Part shown: positions 56,552 through 64,000 of the stretch, piece by piece
Layout: each line of letters begins with the position of its first letter
How positions within the stretch are numbered: position 1 is the first letter of the stretch
From: Eledone cirrhosa
Lineage: Eukaryota
DNA length: 64,000 nucleotides
Assembly: GCA_964016885.1 (NCBI GenBank)
Contig: OZ024742.1
Location: forward strand, 138,756,001-138,820,000
Reading direction: 5' to 3'
Translations under genes and position numbers: made by a program
The notes under the pieces: generated by a model
Told to the model about the DNA's origin: nothing
The model's input: only the letters and a program-made list of their open reading frames with translations
Databases searched by the model: none

Positions 56552-59491
56552 CTTTCTTTATTAACCACAGGGGTTTACATAAAGTAGACATTAAGGACAG
56601 TACAGGACAATACAGGGCGCTAAAATGGGCATTTCTGCGTGTAAAAAACAAGAAACAGAGGATGCAGTAATAGAACAATGAAAAAATTCCCCAATAGGGG
56701 GGAGACTTCCGAGGGACATTCAAAAGCCACAGTGACCCTGACCACCAGAGCAAGTGCCCTCTCCCAGTTTTCCACCTTTAATTTACAGACACATACTCAG
56801 AGTAGGCCCATTCACTCGAGCCATTCTTGCCTCTCTCACCCATCTTTCAACAAAATGCTGGAAAGAGAACACTTCCCTTTCTACCCTGATTTTCCTTTTC
56901 AAAATGAAATTTGAAAACGTTAATCAGGGCATCGACGAAGAGGTGAATGCTCGTCTTCAGCCCTTTCAAACGTGTCCACCATACTATCTCTTTCGCCATG
57001 GCCACCAGACAGATAAAAACTGCCTGCCCTTCCCGGCTAAAGGAAGAGGGTGGGGCAAACCTCACGATGGACTCAGCTGATAGCCGGATCCATCCTACAC
57101 GCGACAGCAGGTGTTCTACATAAACCCACAAGTCAGCAATGCTCGGACACTGGACGAGTGCGCGCAGGACGGTTTCGTCGCCTTGCGCGCATCTCGGACA
57201 TGCCCGGCTGACGGCACCTCCATGCCTGTAGAGTTTATCCCGAACTGGCAAAGCTCCTCGGTAGCACTGCGCATTTATGCTGCCTATTCTGAGAGAGGTC
57301 ATGTTGAAATGGAGTGGAAAAGATGGGAAAGACAACTTACCTTACTTCTCGTAGAGGAAGGATGGTTTGTCCATCCGTTTCACTGCTTGTGGCCTCCTCC
57401 GGAAGGATGTCCTTATAAATCCCCCTGGAGAGTGTTTGTCGGAAGTCTCCGATGTCTTTGGGGAATTTTTGTTTTAGTGTCGTGTACGTTTTCTGTGTGA
57501 TGCAAGTGATTTGTATATGTGGAGGTGGTGTGAACTTTTGGGTTGTTGTGTAGTCTTTTTCTGTGATGCTGGTGTTGTGTTGCATGTAGTGTAATAATTG
57601 GTTGTTGTTCAAATTTATTGCTCTGTAGTGTGTATCGTTTTGGTTGTTTTGTTTTGTTTGCGTTTGTTGTGGGTTTGTTTCTGTTACGCTTTTTGGTGAC
57701 TTTTGTGGTGTTGGTAATGGTGGTGTTGGGGTTAATGATGGTGATGGTGTTGGTGTTTGTGGTGATGGGGTTGGTGATGCTGGTGTGGATGGTGGCATAT
57801 CTGTCCTAACTTTTTTGTTTGTTAATTTATTTGTTTCCCTCTGTATTTTGCTTTTGGAGGGGGAAGGAAATGGATTTTTTCTTTTTTGGTTTCTTTTTTT
57901 TTTCTTTTACCTGATACCGTTTCCCACTCCTCGTCGTCACAATCTGTCTCCAGTTGCGATAGGCCGGGGAGTGGAAAATCCTCCACAGGCGTTGGTTTTG
58001 GTTTATGCGTGGTGGGTGGTGTAGGCGCTGGTGCTAGTTCTGGCGCGTTGGGTGGTGGTGGTGTTGGTTTTGCTACTGTTGCTGGTGTTGTTGCTGTTAC
58101 AGTTGCTTCTGTTGTTGCTGCTACAGTTGTTGCTGCCATTTCTGCTGCTGGTGGTGTTGATGGTTGAGTCACTGGGGTGGGTAAGAGAGGTGGCCTCAAC
58201 CTTTTAGCCTGAGGGCAGAAAGCCCTTAGGTGGGTTCCTTCACCACAAACGACACACCAAGGCCTTCTGCCCTCGACGATTACGGTGAGGTGGCTGCCGT
58301 CACTGAGGTCTATTACCTCTGGGATCTCCTCAATGCTTTTTGGTCCGCTTTGATCCGGAGCTCCATCCCAGATCCGGACCAATGCTCCTGCTTTTCTGTC
58401 GCTATTTCGATTATTTTGGTGTTGGCCTCGATGCCGGCGAGGACGGCAGCCATTATCCAGGGAATTTCGATGGCCGGTGGAACGTGGGTTACGCTGATCT
58501 TCACGAGTCTCTGGCCACAATAGCTTGGGACGAGTGTGAAGTCGTCACTTCTTAATGGGGCCATGGAGTGTTCTCTGGCCTCCTGTGGTGTTTCAAAGAA
58601 CACGTCCACGGTTCCATTTTTCTGCCCACGTCTGATGTGGGGTTTTTCTGCCCACACATGTCCCAAAGCTTTTTGGATTTGGGACTCGGATGCCCGTTCC
58701 ACTCGGCGCGATTTTATGTCCGATAAGACACGGTGCATAGGCGCTGATGCTCCATTTTATTAGGTGTGTGTGTGGGGGGGGGCTGACCCTGTACCCATCT
58801 TTCTTTACCATTCCTTTGGCTTCTTCTAATTCCTCCTGAGTTACCTCGAATGCTTCGCACGTTTTCGCTACTCTGGCAAAAGACAGGGTTTTCTTTTACT
58901 TATTGTTGATGTTGCTGTTATCGTTATTTTTGTTATTGTTAATTTTAGTTTTAGTTGTGGTGGTGGTGGCGTCAGTGGTGTTCGGTGTGGACGAGTTCAT
59001 TTTGGTTGAATTCATTTCGATATCACGAGATAATTTATTTTTTTCTTTTGTTTCTGTTGTTGCTGTGGTGGTGATGGTGGGGGTGGCGGCTTCAACACCT
59101 GCAGTCATTGGTAATGGCGGGAAATGAATGTCTGCCTGAGACAAATTTAAAATATTGGTACTGCTTATATTTTTAGTGTTGTCAAACGTCGTAATATTTA
59201 CAATGGTGGTGTCGGTGTGAGGTGTTAGTTTGTGAGGAAGGCTCTCAGCTACTGGGTTCAGCTGTGAGTCGGCCATGATTTTTCAAAGAAATTTTTTTTT
59301 TGTTTGATAATTATAAAAGTTTAAATTTGGGCTCAAGGTCCCAATCTTTTTGAGTGTCCTCTTCAGAAATCAATGTATGTGCACGTATAAACAGTTAACA
59401 ATAAAGATTTTCCATAAATGGCAATTTTAAACAACTGAAAATAACAAACCTTTGCGGAGCTCACGATAATACGATTTACTACGTAGGTCGC
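56551..59491 (-). mobile_element. Tx1-like LINE with both ends, frameshifted ORF1 (59276-57337, CCHC knuckle) and ORF2 almost entirely deleted
   Basis: CVVCGEGTHLRAFC knuckle; ORF2 start MTSLRIGSINA fused in frame to QCYRGALPVRDKLYRHG; AATAAA; (AAT)n on both flanks. Confidence 0.85.
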
Positions 59492-59557
<66 letters not shown>

Positions 59558-59560
<3 letters not shown>

Positions 59561-61303
59561 CCATTAAGTAAAATGCTCAATGAAACAAAACATGGATATA
59601 AAGTCTATGACAAAACCATTAATCACCTGTTCTACATGGATGACCTGAAACTATTTGCAAAAAATGATGAACAATTGCAAGGGCTATTATCCACTGTGAA
59701 GCAGTTCAGTGATGACATTAAAATGGAGTTTGGACTAGATAAATGCGCCAAAGCAACGTTCACCAGAGGAAAGCTGCTGAAGAGTTCAGACATTAATCTT
59801 GATCGGGGGAACGTGATAAGAGAACTTGATCAAGAAAAAACTTACAAATATCTAGGTGTTGTGAAGGAGACGGAGTCAAGCACTCGACAATGAGGGAAAG
59901 GATAAGGAAGGAATGTTACCGCAGAGTAAGAGCAATCTTGAGAACGGAATTGAATGCAAGGAATAGGATCGATGCCATAAACACGCTTGCCATACCAGTA
60001 GTAACCTATAGTTACAATGTCATCAACTGGTCAAGCACAGAGATCCGTAGGCTCGATACAAAAATTAGAAAATTCTTAACCATGCACAGAATACATCACC
60101 CTAAGGCAGATATAGATAGAATATATCTCCCTAGGAAAGAAGGAGGACGTGGGTTAATCCAGTTAGACATTGCGTTGAAAACTGTAACAATTGGATTATC
60201 TACATATCTAAGGGAATCACATGATTGGATGATCAAACTCGTTTTGAAACACGAAAGCATCAAAAGATCATATTCCATTACAAAAGATGCACAAAGATAC
60301 AGTAATGGACTACAAATTTCAGAAGTCCCATTTACTACTGAAATGGAAAACACAGAAAAAGCAAAGCAGGTAAAAGTAACTGCAAAGAAAGAACTGCATG
60401 GAAAATACTACTGTATGGAAAATACCCAGAGCGAGCTAACAATCCTGATGTTGACAAAACTTTAACCCATCAGTGGTTGGCATCCTCTGGACTGAAATTG
60501 GAGACTGAAGGACTGATTATATCGGCACAAGATCAGTGTCTGCCAACAAAAAATTTCCAAGCCAACATAATAAAAAATGGGTGCAGCCCATTATGCCGTG
60601 TATGCAAAAAACAACCAGAGACCATTGACCATATAATTTCAATGTGCAGTCCTATAGCTCCAACCGAATACCTAAACAGGCATGACAGAGCTGCACAATA
60701 CATACATTGGATAATGTGTAAGCATTTTGACCTGCCCCATCAAAAGAATTGGTGGGAGCATCAACCACCTCCCATACTTGAAAAAGATCACATCTCAATC
60801 TTGTGGAACTTTAGCATCCAAACAGACCGAAAAATAGATGCAAACAGACCTGATATAATATTGAAAGACTTTCAAAAGAGGGTATGCCTGCTAATTGATA
60901 TGTCTGTTCCAATAGACAAGAATGTATCTATAAAAACATTTGAAAAATTGAGCAATTATAAGGACCTGGAGATAGAAATTGGAAAAATGTGGAAATTGAG
61001 AACTAAAACAATACCAGTGGTTGTAGGCGCTCTGGGAATGATACCTAGGGGGTCTAGTGATTACATATCGCAAATCCCAGGAAACCCGCGTATAGGAGAA
61101 ATACAAAAGATAGTACTAATGGGAACTTCCCATATACTAAGGAAGATTCTGTCAATATAAGTACATCACAAGTCTAAACACTAAAGATGCATGTGTGAAT
61201 ATGTATGTTCTTTCTTGAACATGGCGGACCTTGTTGTCTCTTGAGGTCACTGGTTGTGACTTGGTGATAACTCGTATGAACATAAAGCAAGATAAATGCA
61301 ACT

Positions 61304-61304
<1 letters not shown>
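59558..61304 (+). mobile_element. R4/Dong-like LINE, 5'-truncated (RT C-terminus, CCHC, RLE), (TAA)n tail
   Basis: HLFYMDDLKL, EGGRGL, CRVC...ETIDHIISMC, RHD, RPDII..D..K; two frameshifts. Confidence 0.9.
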
Positions 61305-61349
<45 letters not shown>

Positions 61350-61398
61350 TAATAATTATTTTTTTTAGGTTTTTACCTATTTATTTGTTTATTTATTT

Positions 61399-64000
61399 AT
61401 GTTCGTCTACAGCGTGATAGTGCCACGCTAAAATCACTGGGGGTGATGAAATCACCGGTGGTTATGTAACCATACATTCACCAATCCTCGATATGAGTGT
61501 TTAAATGTCGAACCTAAACAGTTCGAATAACGGTGAAGTGGAGACTGGAATGTCATGTGACAGACTCTCATCCAACAGGTGCTCCCTGGCCCAGCAGCAG
61601 GGACCTGGCTGTCATCCAAATACTGCTGGTGTTGGAGGAAGAAGAAGAAGGAAAGGGACCAGAACCAACTGGACGAAAGAATTGAATAGAACTGTTATGC
61701 AATGTTACCTGAAGAGTAACCCCAAGGAAAAAGGCTATAGGAAACGGATGCATAGCATCTGGAACGAGATTGGTCTATTTAAATTAGATGAACAAAAATT
61801 GGCCGGGCAGGCTCGGATAATAAGAACTAATGCGTGGATAAGCGAGCTGGAACTGGAGGAACTCAGCAGAGAGATTAGATTGGAAATGGAGAGTGGAGTA
61901 TGCCAGGCAAACGAGACAGCGGGAGATGAACGTGGAGAAGAGGTTGAGAGAACGGAGGAACCATCCGAAGCAGACAATGATCTGAATGCTGAGATAAATA
62001 ACATCTGGAACAAAGATACGGTCATTGAGGAAATGAATGTTGACGGGCTAGGACAAGATTTGGTTGATATCCTAAACTTAGTGGTAGATGAAATGAACAA
62101 TGATAGTGGGAAACCTATGAACCTAAGATTTGTAGACAAGAAAAAGTTAGAAGAAACAACAGCTAAGGTAAACAAAGTCATCCCATACCTTGAGGCGAGG
62201 AGCCTTCACCAGTGCAACAATATCCTCAAAGCAATAGCAAATGCGGTGAGGAAATTACTTGGCATAAAAGCGAGAGGAAACAACAAACAAGAAAGATCAG
62301 AACCTTGGTGGAAGAAACGACTGAATGGTCAAATCGGGGAAATGAGAAATGACATTGGAAAGCTGAATGGGACACTAAAAAACATAGACACTAAAAATAG
62401 ACTTGAAATAAAGTACAAAACTAGGAGGAAAAGGCTAAATATTATCATAGAGGAACTGAAGCAACGCATTATAGCAAAGAGTGCAAAAATTAGGCGATAC
62501 GAGAGCAGAGTCAGTCAGTATAGACAGAACCTCATGTTTGACAACAACCAGAAGATGTTGTTTGGACAGCTTGAAGAGAAAGAAAGAGGCAACGACTTGA
62601 TCCCTGAGGCGGAACAAACTAAGACATTCTGGAGAGGAATATGGGAGCAGGATGTTAAACATAATGACCAGGCAGTGTGGATTGAGACAGTACAAAAGGA
62701 GATTAGTGAACAGGCACACCAACAAACTGATTTGAGTATCACAGTTGAAACTCTCAAGGAGCAGGCTAAAAAACTAACCAGCTGTAGATCACCAGGCCCA
62801 GATGGTGTGCAGGGGTATTGGATTAAAAATGTAACATCCCTCCACCCGAAACTGACAACCATGTTCAATGACTGCTTGATGTCAGGTGAGGTACCAGAGT
62901 GGTTGACAAAAGGTACCACAGTTCTGGTAATCAAAGACCGAATCAAGGATAATGATGTTACCAACTATAGACCTATCACATGACTGTCAGTAATGTGGAA
63001 ACTGTTAACGAGCATTGTGTCTGAGGAAATCTACCATCACCTCCACACAAACAACTTGTTACCGGACGAACAGAAAGGATGCCGAAAGAAGACCCGTGGT
63101 ACAAAGGACCAGTTACTTATTGATAAGATGGTAATGAGGAATTGCAAGAGGAGACACACTGGTATTGCCATGGGATGGATAGAATACAAAAAGGCATTTG
63201 ACATGGTGCCTCATTCTTGGATCACCAAAAGCCTAGAGATCTTCAAGGTGGCAGATAACATCAGACAGTTGTTGAGCAAAAGTATGAAGTCCTGGAAAAC
63301 ACAGTAAACATCAGCTGGAGAATCCTTGGGAGGCGTGAAGATCAAGAGAGGTATCTTCCAGGGAGATAGTCTGTCCCCTCTGTTGTTTGTCCTTGCCCTG
63401 ATGCCCCTGACCATTATACTGCGAAAAGTGAGAGCAGGATACAAGTTGGGAAAGGGAGAGCTTACCATCAATCACCTCCTCTTCATGGACGATCTTAAGC
63501 TCTTCGGGAAGAGTGAGAAGGAGTTGGATGTGCTTGTTGACACTGTCCGTATTTTCACCAATGATATATATATGCAATTTGGTATTAGTAAGTGTGGAGT
63601 CCTTGTGATGAAGAGGGGTAAATTGAGCAGAAGCAACGGAATCCAGGTACCAACAGGTGAGATGATAAAGGAAATTTATACTGAAGAAGGATACAAGTAT
63701 TTGGGTATTCTGGAGGCTGATGTCATCAAAAACAAAAAAATGAAGGAATTGATAAGATCTGAATACATTCGGAGAGTAAGGAGCGTATTAAAGTCACATC
63801 TGAACAGTAGGAATGCCATAAGTGCAGTAAATTCCAGAGCTGTGTCTATTGTTAGGTACAGTGCGGAAATTCTGAGATGGAATGTTGCTGAACAAAAAGA
63901 AATGGATAGGAAGACTAGGAAGCTATTGACTATCTACAACATGTTCCACAAGAGGAGTAATGTCGATAGACTCTACTTAAGGAGATCTGAAGGTGGAAGA
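61399..64000 (+). mobile_element. Second R4/Dong-like LINE from its 5' end, ORF from 61505 with premature stops at 62981 and 63305; runs off the right edge
   Basis: [59 protein letters not shown]. Confidence 0.9.

Overview
AT-rich, microsatellite-dense eukaryotic DNA; the SINE families and repeat landscape suggest an octopus/cephalopod genome (inference). The only host gene I can support is the 5' part of an ABCC5/MRP5-like ABC transporter on the minus strand: 10 phase-consistent coding exons between 17758 and 1486 (412 codons, N-terminus and most of TMD1), continuing past the left edge. The rest is mobile DNA: tRNA-derived SINEs, Tx1-, RTE-, CRE- and R4/Dong-like LINEs, Penelope remnants, Helitron helicase remnants and a dead Chapaev3-like transposon. 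The most striking signal is non-coding. At least six unrelated short fold-back or tandem elements, mostly inserted in (TA)n tracts, carry a type I hammerhead ribozyme fold, and two more families keep only the 3' half. Several have intact cores, a distal stem I, covarying pairs and unusual core variants (U3-A8, U10.1-U11.1), pointing to a diverse retrozyme/Penelope-pLTR system. All structures were paired by eye; none was computed or tested.
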